A stretch of DNA of 64,000 nt from Epiperipatus broadwayi (GCA_028023455.1 JAQFVV010000007.1:14074001-14138000); one strand, 5' to 3'; shown: positions 1 through 12,473, counted from the stretch's first letter. Made by a program: numbers and translations. Notes: generated from the sequence alone by a model not told the origin.

Positions 1-69
1 AAAAATGTAGATCTGAACCCACTTTAGTACCCTATATATTTTGGTGTGATTTTTTTTTAAAAAAAAAAA

Positions 70-260
70 CCCACAATCATCACAATCCTTTGGGTAGGAT
101 TGGTATAAAACTACTAAGACATCACATGTACACCATTTCATATGTTAACACAAGCTGTTTAAACAGTAGCAAACTCTCACACTTAGTGGTACTATGGAGA
201 TTTGCTACTGTTTAAACAGCATGTGTAAGCATAGGAAATTGCAATTATATGATGTTTTAG
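70..260. mobile_element. HHR repeat family 1, short fold-back copy (turns before the ribozyme)
   Basis: Inverted arms ctgtttaaacagtagcaaactctc / gagatttgctactgtttaaacag; flanks match the family-1 motif actaaacatcacatgatcaccatt seen at 3823, 30968 and 35338. Confidence 0.75.
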
Positions 261-879
261 TCTCCCTTTTTTTTGGAAGTTGTTCATACTTTATATAAGG
301 AAGGGTGAATCTCCAAACACTAATCAATATTCAGTAGGAATATATATATATTCTTCTCTTTTAAAAAACACCCATTGACAAAATAACTTGTGCTTAATTG
401 TCAACAAGTAGAGTTATATACAACTATTACTTTTATTGGCTAAATATGAATCCAATATTTTAAGATGAATATATTTATTAGTCATATGGCATAATAAATA
501 ATGTATATATTTCTAATTACATGCAAAATCAAAATAATATTATGCTCTCTCTAATAATAAATTTAAATTTCAGTACATATTGAATGTAACTAACCATTTT
601 TTGGCATTAAATAATATTACAAATTCTCATAATACACTAAACTAGTCTTTCAGATAAGTAAACAAATCAAATAATTAATTGAATTTTCTATAATAATAGG
701 TTGTTTATTTATAATTCCCATAACATAAGTATTTTATATTCAAAATTTGAAATCACTATATTTCTTAGATCGTAGTTTCTATGGTTAAACTCATATAATA
801 TTAAATATTTAATGTTAAGTAGAGATACAACATTATTTTAATAACATTAACTATTAATATTATTTCAATCATTTATGAT

Positions 880-1700
880 TCATTGCAGAATGTCTTTTCA
901 AGTTTAATTGAGCCTTTTTTTCTTAGCATCTCTTTTCTACATTGTTGCATAAAACATTCTTATCTTATCCTTAGAACACTATCTAGAAGTTTTATAATTA
1001 TTTGAAAAACAGTTTAATTACTTTAATTGTTTATATATTATATTTCATATAAAAACATATCTAAACTTTTTATTTTTCTCAGTACACTAAATGTATATCT
1101 TAGATCTATATTTAAGTTTGATAAGAAGCATGTAATTTTTTCCAAAAATATAGTCATATTTTATAATATTAAATTTGTTCATCAAAAGCAACATTGAAGT
1201 TAAATTTTATCATTAATTCCATTCAGTATGTTTCTACATATTTTAATTTATTCTAATTTATTCCTGTCATTTTTTCTAAAACCAATGAACATTACTTTTC
1301 TTGCTTTACCATTTAACATTTGTTTCTATATTTTTGTTTTCATCCGATGAAGCACTATTTGAAAACAACCATCACCTACCACATCTTTATGTATTAAGTA
1401 ATTTCCATGCATGTTTGTTTTATCAATTTCTTTTTTAATCCACAAATTATTTTGTTTAAAAATGCTGGATATATTGTTCAGATATGGAATCATCTTGTCA
1501 AATATTATTAACAAGTTAATTAGATTAATGTCACTCTGCAGATGCATTTTGATAATTATTCCTCATAATTGATACTATCCTGGATCTATGTTTTGTTGTT
1601 CCAAAGTTTTAAATGCTAAAGAGATGCTTAAAGTGTAAAATGCCTTTTTTGTCATTTATAAGTCCAGTGCAAATTTTGAAGTTCATTATAACTTCTCTTA
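880..1700 (-). mobile_element. Highly decayed LINE (RTE/CR1-like) RT C-terminal remnant
   Basis: Minus-strand translation gives A-D/E-D-I-N-L-I (frameshifted YADD region), NLWIKK..KTNM (GLxINxxKTxxM-like) and YL..V.GDGC..HRM (YLGxxIxxDGxC..RI-like); 885-930 resembles the RTE 3' end at 25865. Confidence 0.45.
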
Positions 1701-1837
1701 ATTCATGGATAAAATCGACCGAGTTATCATTACTTTTAAATGTAACTTGTTATATTAGTTGGTTTGTGTTCATTATTCTCTGCAAATAAATTGTAATAAT
1801 TTTAGTTACAATATTGCATGGATTTAAACATCACATT

Positions 1838-1980
1838 ATCAACATTTCTTATGCTTTCTCATAACTTTTATTAAAACAGGCAAAACTCTCAATACAGTAG
1901 TGCCACTCAGTGCAAGCCATTGATTACACTGGCATGCATTGAGTGGCTCTACTGTTTAGAGAGTTTTTGTCTGTGTTAAT
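1838..1980. mobile_element. HHR repeat family 1, short fold-back copy
   Basis: Arms aaaacaggcaaaactctcaatacagtagtgccactcagtgcaagcca / tggcatgcattgagtggctctactgtttagagagtttttgtctgt centred near 1925. Confidence 0.85.
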
Positions 1981-2106
1981 TGTATAGATCTATTACAAAG
2001 TAATAGTTTTATAATTTTTAAGAAAGTGTAGACCTACCATCTCTCTTAAATAACAATATACTTATTTCAATCCAATCCAAATCACTTTGAACATTTTTTT
2101 TAAAAA

Positions 2107-2330
2107 AAAAACATTTATTGTACATATATACACATACACCTATGTTTTGACTGTCCTGCAACTTTCTTCAGAGCCAAATTTACTTTAGCCTTTTTTGAAA
2201 AAAAATCCTTTTTCTTTTTTGTTGTTTTTTTTTTTTTTAAAAAAAGTTTAAAGTAAATTTGGCTCTGAAGAAGACTACAGGATCAGTTGAAATGTAGATG
2301 TATTTGTATATATATACAATAAAATGTCTT
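2107..2330. mobile_element. Fold-back element (family 3) with a decayed PLE-type hammerhead motif in each arm
   Basis: ~80-bp inverted arms (2107-2190, 2248-2330) around a T/A-rich loop; right arm CTGAAGA(2265-2271) A GACTA CAGGAT CAGTT GAAA(2289-2292) TGTA; left arm on minus strand CTGAAGA(2165-2171)...CAGTC AAAA CATA; AATAAA downstream of the motif. Confidence 0.7.
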
Positions 2331-3822
2331 TATTATAAGATGTTATATCAATAATAAGAGAAAAGGTGATTTTGGTAATACTTATTTTTATTATTTAGTA
2401 ATATTGTTTGTTATATATACATTTGGTATGTAATAATCTTTACCAGTATTTTTTCATATCTTTTCCTGATTGTTTTACAATATTGATAAATAATTCAGAG
2501 TTGTTTAACTTGTTCGTTTTTGGATGATTAAGATTCCAACTGCTAACACTTTTTTTGAAATGTTTGGAAACATTATTTAGAATAAATCCATATCTTTAAA
2601 AATTAAGATGAGAATTGTTCAATCTATGATATTTTCTGGGATTATTTATTGGTACTAAAAAAAGCTTTTTTAAAATATACTTAAAAATCTCTACATTTTT
2701 GAAACATAAGAATAAACGCATCTGAAAAAATTATTTGACCTGAAAGCATATTTCATTTGCTAGCATTCTTCAGTTGAATCAGGTCTTTATCTTTCACCTA
2801 TATCTTCATCATTTCTTCAATATTTATCAATAGCAAATGTTTATACTTTGATTTACAAGAATCATTTTTTCTACACCCACAACTGTGATAACAAGCATTT
2901 GACATAAATATATTAATGATTACTGTTAGTCATTTATTAGTTTAAAGATTATTATATTATTTCTAGACAAATATAAACCTTAATTAAAGGTTATTATATG
3001 TGTTTTTTAATTAAACATAACTACCTGAAATGATTAATCCAATTTCATTCCTGTTTCTATAAGTAATATATTTTTAAATATATTTAAAACATCTACTCCA
3101 CAACACATTTTTAAAACATAAAATAAACATCTGAACAAGACATATCCCCCCCCCACAAGATATATTTCATTCTGAAGTATCCCTCTTCAGCTGATTATGG
3201 GTATAATTCCATACACATGCATTCTTTATTTGTTCAATATCTATCAATATCAAATCATGACAACTTGGAGTGAAATTGTTTGCACTCACTATTTTTAAAC
3301 AAACTATTTCAGATAACTACATCAATGACTATTACTAATTTTTCATAAAATTAGAGATTATCTTTAAAATAGGTATAATTTTTACTATTAGTTAAAAATA
3401 ATAAAATACATTTGACTTTATATAAACATATGGAAAAGCTCTAGTTGATCCTTACTTTTTTGTGGTGTAATATCTTTTACAGTATAATTAAAATCTCCAT
3501 TTTACCAGATTTTCTTTGAACATATGAATAAAAAATCTAAAATAGACAAATAAATCCCAAATGTTTATGTAATGAGGAACCAGCCTTCATCAGTTGGTAT
3601 CAAATCAGCATAATGTGATTTACAAATATCTTATTTTCTACACTGCAACTTTGAGCCTAGATCCTATGTAAACATTAAACTTTATCTTTGAAGAAGTATA
3701 GAAACCAAGTAATTGTTGGGAATACATGTTTTTGGATTAAAATAGAGCATAATCTTGAACTATGACCTCAATGGTTTCCCACAATGCTTTTAACTCAATA
3801 ATCTCATAAAAGAAACAATTAA

Positions 3823-4170
3823 ACCACTAAACATCACATGATCACCATCGAGACCCAAAGCTCCTCACTGACAAAATCCGCAAGCTAGAAACTAGTCTGA
3901 GAATATTGGATGAGTAAGCACTCGATAGGGATTTTATGCACAAGCCTTCTGGCATTCATTTATTACTCTGGCACCTAAGATCTAGGTGCAGTGCTTTCAG
4001 ATCCAAGGCTCGTCACTGATGAAAGTCACATGCTAGAAACTGGTCTGGGATATTGGATGAGTAGGCCCTAGATAGGGATATTATGCACAAGCCTAAACTG
4101 ACATCCATTGATTACTCTGGCTTGCACTGAGTAGCACTACTGTATGCAGAGTTTTGCCTGTTTTAAGAAG
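3823..4170 (+). mobile_element. HHR repeat family 1: short inverted head plus two tandem HHR-bearing units (period 148 nt)
   Basis: CTGACAA..GAAACTAGTC at 3868-3897 and CTGATGA..GAAACTGGTC at 4016-4045; shared downstream tattggatgagta(a/g)gc..tagataggga; ends at agagttttgcctgtttt. Confidence 0.85.
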
Positions 4171-4886
4171 CAATTATAGAATTCCTATGGAAAAATATAA
4201 CAAATATTGTCAGTATGATTAGACAAAGGAAAAAGTTACAATTAATGAATAAATATTATGCAAAACATATTTTTAATATAAAAAAATATTAACCTCTGTT
4301 TAAATATACTGTATAATAAACACATTTCTGTTACTGTATTTTTTTTTTTAAATGATAATTTTATAATTTATAGTCACAATTTTGGATTTTTTGCATCAAA
4401 TAAGATTGGTAGCTTTGAAACAGTATTCATTAAATTAAATTAAAACATATGGAGAGAAAAATGACTTAAACTTTATTATGCCATTTTTTTTAGTCCACCA
4501 TTTATTTGTTTTTTACATAAACAAGATTTAATTATATAAAAATTACATCAAGAAATAAAATGTGGAAATGATTGCTGGAGTTTTAAGAATATAGATTATT
4601 TTTTTATTTCTAATATTTTTTCTCCTTACGATTTGCCTGAAGAACATGGAAGTTTTAATAGGTAAAAAAAATTACTTAGAAATTAATTAAATAACAATTA
4701 TTTAGGAGGTAATGTACACATTTTTAATACATTTTAAATCTATTTATAGTCAAAGTTTATTTTTAACTAAATGGTGAATAAAATTTGTATTTTTATTTTT
4801 TTTGTGATTGTTTACATGTGTGATAAAAAATATTTACTTATATTGTGTCAAAAGTTCCATTTTTAGTCTCAAGTACGAAAATACTA

Positions 4887-4995
4887 GTCTTGCGTTGTTA
4901 GCCGAGAGGTATCGCAGCTGCCATGCAAGCAAGTAGTTGGTTGCAGACGGTTGTGGGTTCGCGTCCCGGCCGATGCTATGACATATGAAAAAAAA
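4887..4995 (+). mobile_element. Young tRNA-Gly-derived SINE with poly(A) tail and 16-bp TSD
   Basis: Exact direct repeat aagtacgaaaatacta at 4871-4886 and 4996-5011; A box TAGCCGAGAGG, B box GGTTCGCGTCC; GCGTTG...AGCTGCCATGCAAGCA...GGGTTCGCGTCCCGGCCGATGC parallels tRNA-Gly(TCC); CpG-rich in a CpG-poor background. Confidence 0.88.
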
Positions 4996-5376
4996 AAGTA
5001 CGAAAATACTAAATAAAAATGTTGCAAATAAGTAATAGACTATTGTTATTATAATTTCAATTTATTGTATAACGTGTTTTAATTATATAATAAATAAATA
5101 GTGTATAATATTTATTTGGGGGTTTGTAGAGGAGTGAATTGTGTTGATGATATCAACATCTTATGATGTCAATGATTTTGTGAAATGACTGCCATTGGAA
5201 AACCATTGGAGACATTTTGTTTTAAAAAATGTATTCTTTAAAGATTGCTGTGGTGAATAATTAGTTGTTTGTTGAAATAATGGGTCTATTTTGATGATAG
5301 TGACTATGGAAATCTTTCTGTAAAAGCTCCATAGGAATGAGTGTAATCTTATGTTGTAATAAGATATGTGATAAAA

Positions 5377-5439
5377 ATGAAGAGTACTACCAACAACGTG
5401 TTTGATGGGTTCTATGATCATGTACGTCTTCAAACTCAG
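5377..5439 (+). CDS. Candidate coding exon (MKSTTNNVFDGFYDHVRLQTQ), unidentified
   Basis: ATG to CAG|gtaatt donor, 21 codons, retains CpGs; no recognised homology. Confidence 0.25.
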
Positions 5440-7158
5440 GTAATTAACATTTCTTAGAAAAATATATTAATATGATTTCTAGATGTCCATCACAGTGTAG
5501 TTGAATAAAGATCACCGCTGAGATCTAAACAACACTTAAAATCCTAACCACTATTGAAGTAGGTTTTATGGCAATTGTTTAATAACTACTGAATGCTTGT
5601 TTTCATTAATGTGTGATTGAACTTGATATCACCATAAAATTTCTCTTCTACGAAACAAATTTAAAATTTTATTACAAGACAGAATTATATTTTTTAGTCG
5701 TCATAATCTGTCATTAGAAAAAAATATTAACTTATGGAATTATATTTTTAAATGATAACAATTTCTTTTTTTTTAAAAAAAATAATTTTTTATTATGTTT
5801 TCAGACTGCACTTTTATTTATTTCTATAAGGGATTCCATTAATGTGCACTTAATTTAAATGATAGCATTGTTCTTTTTTGAAAATACATTTTTACAAGAT
5901 CTTTTCAATCTTATTGGTTAATAGGATCACTTATTCAAATTGCCTTTTGTGTTAATATGCAAATAGGTTTTATTTTTAAAATTATTTTCCCAAATGCTTT
6001 TGCTTACTAAAATTAAAATAAGGCAGTAAAACAGTTTTGAATATATTATTTTTATTTAAATGTTTATACCTTCTGAAGGTATAATAATTACTATATTTCA
6101 TTTTTTAAAAATAAATAAATAAACAAACTATGTTAAAGGTATGACAAACAATGGTTATATCATATTGATTCTAATCCTGTGCTATTATATCATTACAACA
6201 TACTACTACCCTGTTTTATCAATGCATTATATTCTTGTGATATGTCATCACCTTGCTAATTACATTATTATATTCTCTTGACACACTTTTAAATAATCTT
6301 ATTATGTCCTCATGATATACTATTATTCTACTATACCAATTTCCTTTTGCACTGATGAAAAAACATATATACATATTTAAAAATTATTGTTGCCCAATTC
6401 ATCATCAAAATCATCAATTACATATAAATGTAGTAATAGTGTTTATAATAAGGAATCTATATGTGTGTGTAATATGGACAAAGGTATGAATGTTACCAAC
6501 ATACTTAATTATAATTGCAATGATGTTCTGACACTCATTTCTAAATAATTAGTGTTTTCCAGTATAGATGGTTATATATCCAATTAAGAACTATTTGGAC
6601 ACTTTCATATTATTTTCATATCATAAAATGTTGAAAGGTCGTCATTCCACTGAATATTAAGAATATAAAAGAAAAAAAAGAATTTGTTTTAATAAAAAAG
6701 GCCATATATCCATACAGTTATAAATAATTATTTCCAAAAGTTTACTATTATATATATATTAATTCTAATATCCTCATGGTTAAATGATCATTTCATAGGA
6801 CTATTTTTGAGCAATTCCATGTAAACTCAGCTAAATAACTGATGTTTCAGTACAATAACAAGTATTTTCCTCAGAGCATATTTTTTCTCAAATCATAAGA
6901 ATTTATATATACTGTGGAGTTTAAATTTATATATATATATGTCATAGTTATTTATTGACAAATAGCAATAAGATACTTTATATTATAACATTAAAGTGCT
7001 ATTTGTAAAAGGCAAGGAAAAATAAGAGTTCATGAATTAGTGCTGTCATTTTAAGAAAATTACAATGCTTACATGTACTTAATTATTCAAAAGCAACACA
7101 TTTAATATTTGTGTGATTACATTTTTCGCACTTAAGAAAATGTACACACCTGTTGTTT

Positions 7159-7451
<293 letters not shown>

Positions 7452-8674
7452 AATGTGGGTTGATAGATAGGTTGGCAGGTAAATAGGTAAGTTGATAGGT
7501 GAGTGGAAGTGTGAGTGGAAAGAGAAGTTGGTAAATAGATAGTCTGTAAACAAAGAAGTAGGAGACAGGTAAATGGATGGAGATATGTATAGATAAATGA
7601 TTATACACATGAATGGGAAAATGAAAAAATGATAAGTGAATGGTTACATGTGGACAGATTGGTAAGCAAATAACCTAGCTGGTAAATGGACAGGCAGGCA
7701 TGTAGATAGGTGGCTGCAGATGAGTGAATAATTATGTGTTCTCAGAAGAAGAAAAATAGATAAATATGTATGCAGAGAGCCAGATATACAGAGAGATGCA
7801 ATGACTGATTTCTGGAGGTTACATTATTAATGTAAATAATTAAGATACTTGTTTAAAAAACAAAAACAAATATCTGTAATAAGGAGATAGATACACTTGC
7901 TTTCTTTATTAAATATTTCCTACCACTGTAGACCTACATTTAACAATCATTAATTAAAACAATTTCATTGTTTATATTTGTCTACATCTTCAAAGATCAA
8001 TTGCTGTGAATTGCGGTGAAATGATATTTATATTAAAAAAGTGAGTACAGTGGCCAAGATTTGTCTAGTATCTGATGATGTGAAGGTGAGGGTTAGGTTT
8101 TTTTAATTGCCTAAGGTGGCATGCCTAAATTAGTTTGTGATTGAACATACCACTGTAAGTTTATGAAAAGATTATTGAACTAGTTTCAAGCCTTATAGGG
8201 TAAAAAAATAATACCTGGAGTTTAAAATTTGTTATTGAACTTTTAATTATGAATTAGAATATGGTAAAATAGTGCTACAATTATGTGTTCAGTGGTTTAA
8301 TGCTATCTATTTGACTAGAAGCCAGTTTGGGCAGTGTGAAGACATTAGTTCCATTATTATTTGGTGTCAGTCATGCACTCAATATTGGCATATCACTTAG
8401 TGAAAATAGCTATTAGTTGATGATGATAATATAATGTTTTCCTGAAAGTTTGTAATGATGGTATTCTAGTTGTATTTTTATATTGGACTATTTCCATCAT
8501 CTAATATGTGTATTGAATGTCTTTAGAACAATTTTATTTAATTTAAATATTCCAAATACCTTCAACTGTTAGTAATAGCACATCAAACAGGTTACTATAT
8601 GCATGTTTTGAGAAGTATTATTTTCCCCACTTCTTCAGGTGTGTTGCTGGCCTGACCAATGACAGTATCAGCAT

Positions 8675-8750
8675 GGGATTTGAACCTGGACCCTTAGATT
8701 CTTGAGTAGTAAATTTTAAGGTAATGCTCTAACCAACTGAGCCATCCTGT
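8675..8750 (-). promoter_or_regulatory. tRNA-like Pol III A/B boxes in PLE 3' pLTR
   Basis: A box TGGCTCAGTTGG (8733-8744) with D-arm-like GCTCAGTTGGTTAGAGC; B box GGTTCAAATCC (8676-8686). Confidence 0.7.
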
Positions 8751-8808
8751 CAATGGTAATAGTTTGTAAAAATGTCATATAATATGTATGATGTTCCTTT
8801 TGATTTCT

Positions 8809-11134
8809 TCACTTTTTCCTAAAGGCAAAATTGATTAGTGGTTTCCATACATTATGTATAGTCACACTAGGTTGGCTTATGGGATTTTTTGCCATTGTCA
8901 TATGAGCAGCTTCTTTAAATTTTTTTCTTTGTACCTTTTCTTCTCTATCCAACATTTTTGTATTTTCCCAATTGAACATAAGTTCATTGGCACATACATG
9001 GTCCGCTACCTTAAACATGTCTGTTTTCTCTCTTCTGATTGTCAGTTTGTGTTCTTGCAATGACTTTTCAATGTAACAACTGAACTCACCAATATATGTT
9101 TTTTTCCAGATTCACATGGTATTTCATAGATGCAATTTTTTTTTCTTTTCAGCATTTCACATTTAGGCTTTGTAGATGTTAAAATTCATTGTAGTGAGGT
9201 ATGGTTCTGGAAAGCTGTTCTGATGTCTTACTGATTGAATATTTTCTTTACTTTGTCTGCTGTTTTGGAATTATGGGTATACTACAGTACAATAATTGTT
9301 TTTTCTCTTGATTCTTTTTGTTGTCTATTTAATGATTTTTAATAACAGCTGATGGGTAACCATTTTTCATAAGAGTTTGTTCTATATAGATCTTTTTTTC
9401 CAAATTGCTGGTTTCTGAACAAACATCTTTAGCTCTTTTCTATAGTGACAGTATAACTCCATGCTTTGTGTTTTTGGTGTGATTGTATGTATAGGCTAGG
9501 TATTTTCATGTATGTGTAGGTTTTTTGTAAACTGTAGTTCTGATTTTGCCATGAGGATGTCTTGACCCAAGAACATCTAAGAATGCCAATTTTTGTTATT
9601 GTTCTGATTCTATTGTGAGTTTAATTGAAGGGCATATGTTGACATGTTTCCAAAATGTTTGCAGCAGTGCTTCATCATGTGGCCATAGAACAAATGTATC
9701 ATCCAAATAGCAAAGCCAAAATTTAGGTGGATATGGAATAGTTATTATGGCTAAGATTTCAAGTGCTCCCATGTAAATATTACTAATCAGGGAAGACAAT
9801 GGTAAGCCCATAGCCATTCCTTAATTTTGTTTGAAGAATTCTTTGTTATATTGAAAGTAGATTGTTTTTATGCAGAATGTTAATAGTTCCATTATACTAT
9901 CAATAGGAAGAGCTGTTCTGGTTTGTAAACTATTATCATCATTTAATCTTTTTCTTACAATAGACAATGCTTCTTCACATGGTACATTCATGAATAAACT
10001 TTTCATGTCAAAGCTTACCAGTACATTAATTCTTTCAATTTTTATGTTCTTGATTAATTCTACAGTGTCTAGAATTCCTGACAAAGGACTGGGTCTTGTA
10101 TGCCAAAGGACTAAGAACTTTGAAAAAGAAATTTTACCAAATTTTGGAAAGGTGAATCTTTAGAGCTAACAATAGGTCTTAATGGAACATGATCCTTATG
10201 GATTTTTGGTAGACCATAAATATGAGGAATTTTGATGAAATATGATATTATTTACTTTTTTTTACTCAGTGAAGTATTTATGATGCTTTCTGAGTAATGC
10301 TTATAACTTTGTTTCCATGCATGGTATTAGATTTTTTGCCATTTTTCTATATTGGTCTGTTGTGAGGAGTTTTTGTATTTTGTTGTCATAATCAGTTGTA
10401 TCTATTACAACTGTTGCATTGTCTTTGTCAGCAGGGACACTAATTATAGATTTATCTACTTTGAGAGATTTAATTGCTTTCCTCTCACCATAGGATATGT
10501 TTGACTTCAATTTTTATTGCTTGTCAAGTGTTCTTTTTATTCTTGAGCATAATTCTGCTGCTTCTTCTAAATGCAATTTTTGAGTGACTTCCTTAGTGAC
10601 TGCCATTATATCTAATAAAGAGATATTAAATGGTGTTATGACAAAGTTTAATCCTCTTGGTACATTATGATTTTTGATATTAGCAAGTTTCTTCATTGAC
10701 ATTTCTTTTATTTTTCCATGTAATGTAGAATATGATTTTCTTACTGCTTGAGAAACTCTCATGTAGTCATCAGTAAGTTTATTTTTTAGAAAACATTCTA
10801 CATTATTAATGGAATGCATTGTTTAATATCTAGAAAACCTTTGAGCATTTATTCTTTCTCTTAACAGAACTACACATGCTCCCTGAGTAATTTTCTCAGA
10901 TCACTGAGAATGAATTGGAAGTTTTAGTTGCAAACCTTTAGGAATTATCTTTTCAGATTTGTATTTAAATAAGAAAGTTAAACGATTTTCTAATTTGGCC
11001 AGATTTAGACATAATTTTTCATAATGTCTAAAGTTTGATATAGTTTCAAGTCCATACTGAATACTTAGTGTTTTCCTGAAGGTTTGTGATGATGGTGTTC
11101 TAGTTGTATTTTTATATTGGACTATTTCTTTCAT
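8809..11134 (-). pseudogene. PLE ORF: RT + C-terminal GIY-YIG endonuclease, many stops and frameshifts
   Basis: RLTFLFKYKSEKIIPKGLQLK (PLE N-term), NISYGERKAIKSL..PADKDNATVV, LVSFDMKSLFMNVP, MAMGLPLS..NIYM, KFWLCYLDDTF, CIYEIPCESGKTYIGE then LQEHK and FNWENTKMLDREE..KFKEAAHM. Confidence 0.93.
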
Positions 11135-11227
11135 CTAATATGAATGTTTTTAGAAAAATTTAACTTTATTTAAATATTTTAAATACATTCAACTGTTAGT
11201 AATATCACATCAAACAGGCTAGTATAT

Positions 11228-11272
11228 GCACAATGTTTTGAGAGATATTATTCTCCCTTCTTCTTCAGGTGT
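11228..11272 (-). ncRNA. Hammerhead-like motif in PLE 5' pLTR (probably inactive)
   Basis: cac CTGAAGA(11262-11268) AGAA GGGAGA ATAATA TCTCTC AAAA CATT GTG; the homologous copy at 11687-11725 keeps GAAA; stem III and cleavage triplet are imperfect. Confidence 0.55.
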
Positions 11273-11303
11273 TGCTGGCCTGACCAGTGACAGTACTAGC
11301 ATG

Positions 11304-11375
11304 GGATTCGAACCTGGACCTTCCGATTCTTGAGTAGTGAATTTTAAGATAACAATCTAACTAACTAAGCCATCC
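11304..11375 (-). promoter_or_regulatory. tRNA-like Pol III A/B boxes in PLE 5' pLTR
   Basis: Perfect B box GGTTCGAATCC (11304-11314); A-box-like TGGCTTAGTTAG (11361-11372). Confidence 0.7.
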
Positions 11376-11403
11376 TGCCTAAGGCAACAGTCTCTAGAAA
11401 TAA

Positions 11404-11842
11404 TAAAATTTTAAAAAGCTGCTCACATGACAATGGCAAAAAATGCCATAAACAAACCTAGTGTGACTATAAATAATGTATGGAAATCACTAATCATCTT
11501 TGTTCTTAGGAAAAAGTGGAGAAATCAGGAGGAACCTCATAGGTAAATATATGAAGTTTCTACAGACTGTTGCATTTGGTAGGAAGGACCAATTGGTTAG
11601 TGTGTTATCCTAAAATGTACTACTCAAAAATCTAAGAGTTCAGGTTTGAATCCCATGCAGTACTATCACTGTTTGTCCAGTATCATCGGAAGAAGCGGGA
11701 GGATTATACCTCTTGAAACATTGTGCATATACTAACCTGTTTATGTTATGTTACTAACAGTTGAATGTATTTGAAATATTTATTTGTAAAGACATTCAAT
11801 ACACATATTAGATGATGGAAATAGTCCAATATGAAAATACAA
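11404..11842 (+). mobile_element. Inverted PLE pseudo-LTR abutting the 5' end of the main element
   Basis: Starts at aaagctgctcacatgacaatggc (ORF 3' end, KEAAHMTMAK), continues through the tRNA-like segment and HHR motif, ends at ccaatatgaaaatacaa. Confidence 0.88.
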
Positions 11843-12440
11843 TGATAATACAATGTTTGCTATATTGGCTCATCCAAGTAGAGGTATCAATTTATATTTA
11901 CATTTTTAATGCCATTATCATTAACCTAAATTAACTAGATATTTGTTGACTGAATAAAATAATAATTTCACAATTTTAACCATATTTAATAAAGAAATAA
12001 AAATGTTTGCTTTTCAGTTTGAAACTTTTGATCCAGTTTTAAAATTAATATTAAAAAAAAAAACTATTTGTATTATCCATTCTTTCATAAAAGAAATTTT
12101 ATTTTTGTGGCATTATTTTTGTTTGTATGACTTTTTAAATGTGGGGGGGAAATGTTTTTCTGTTTTATTCACATTATATATTACGATTTTGATTATGACT
12201 TGATGAATTCATTTAGTATGACTTCAGTATAATTTTCACTATTTCAGAATACTTTTTTACTCAATTCCTATTAGTTTATAAAATTATATATTAAAATAGA
12301 TGATTTTGTTTCAAAAAAGATTCAATTTTTTTTGACAACTTTTTTTTAACAACTTCTATCTTTTATTTCCATTATATAGATACTTATTAAATTACTATAG
12401 AGTTTGTAATTTATCTTTATTGTGTTGGTTATTAGCTCTT

Positions 12441-12473
<33 letters not shown>

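Larger units (their letters stand above)
8435..11400 (-). mobile_element. Penelope-like retroelement (Penelope/Poseidon type), near full length, decayed, with pseudo-LTRs at both ends
   Basis: ORF fragments in PLE order; 8435-8760 repeats 11070-11400 (partial tandem pLTR arrangement). Confidence 0.93.

Noticed and set aside
1326-1547. ORF with DVVGDGCF, resembling an OTU protease motif
   Set aside because: Lacks the GDGNC context; surrounding motifs fit a decayed LINE RT C-terminal region better.
3587-3593. Lone CTGATGA motifs (here on minus; also 6352 on plus)
   Set aside because: No stem II-GAAA-NUH arrangement follows.
4887-4985. Functional tRNA gene
   Set aside because: Poly(A) tail, TSD, disrupted anticodon stem and variable-region insertion indicate a retroposed SINE.
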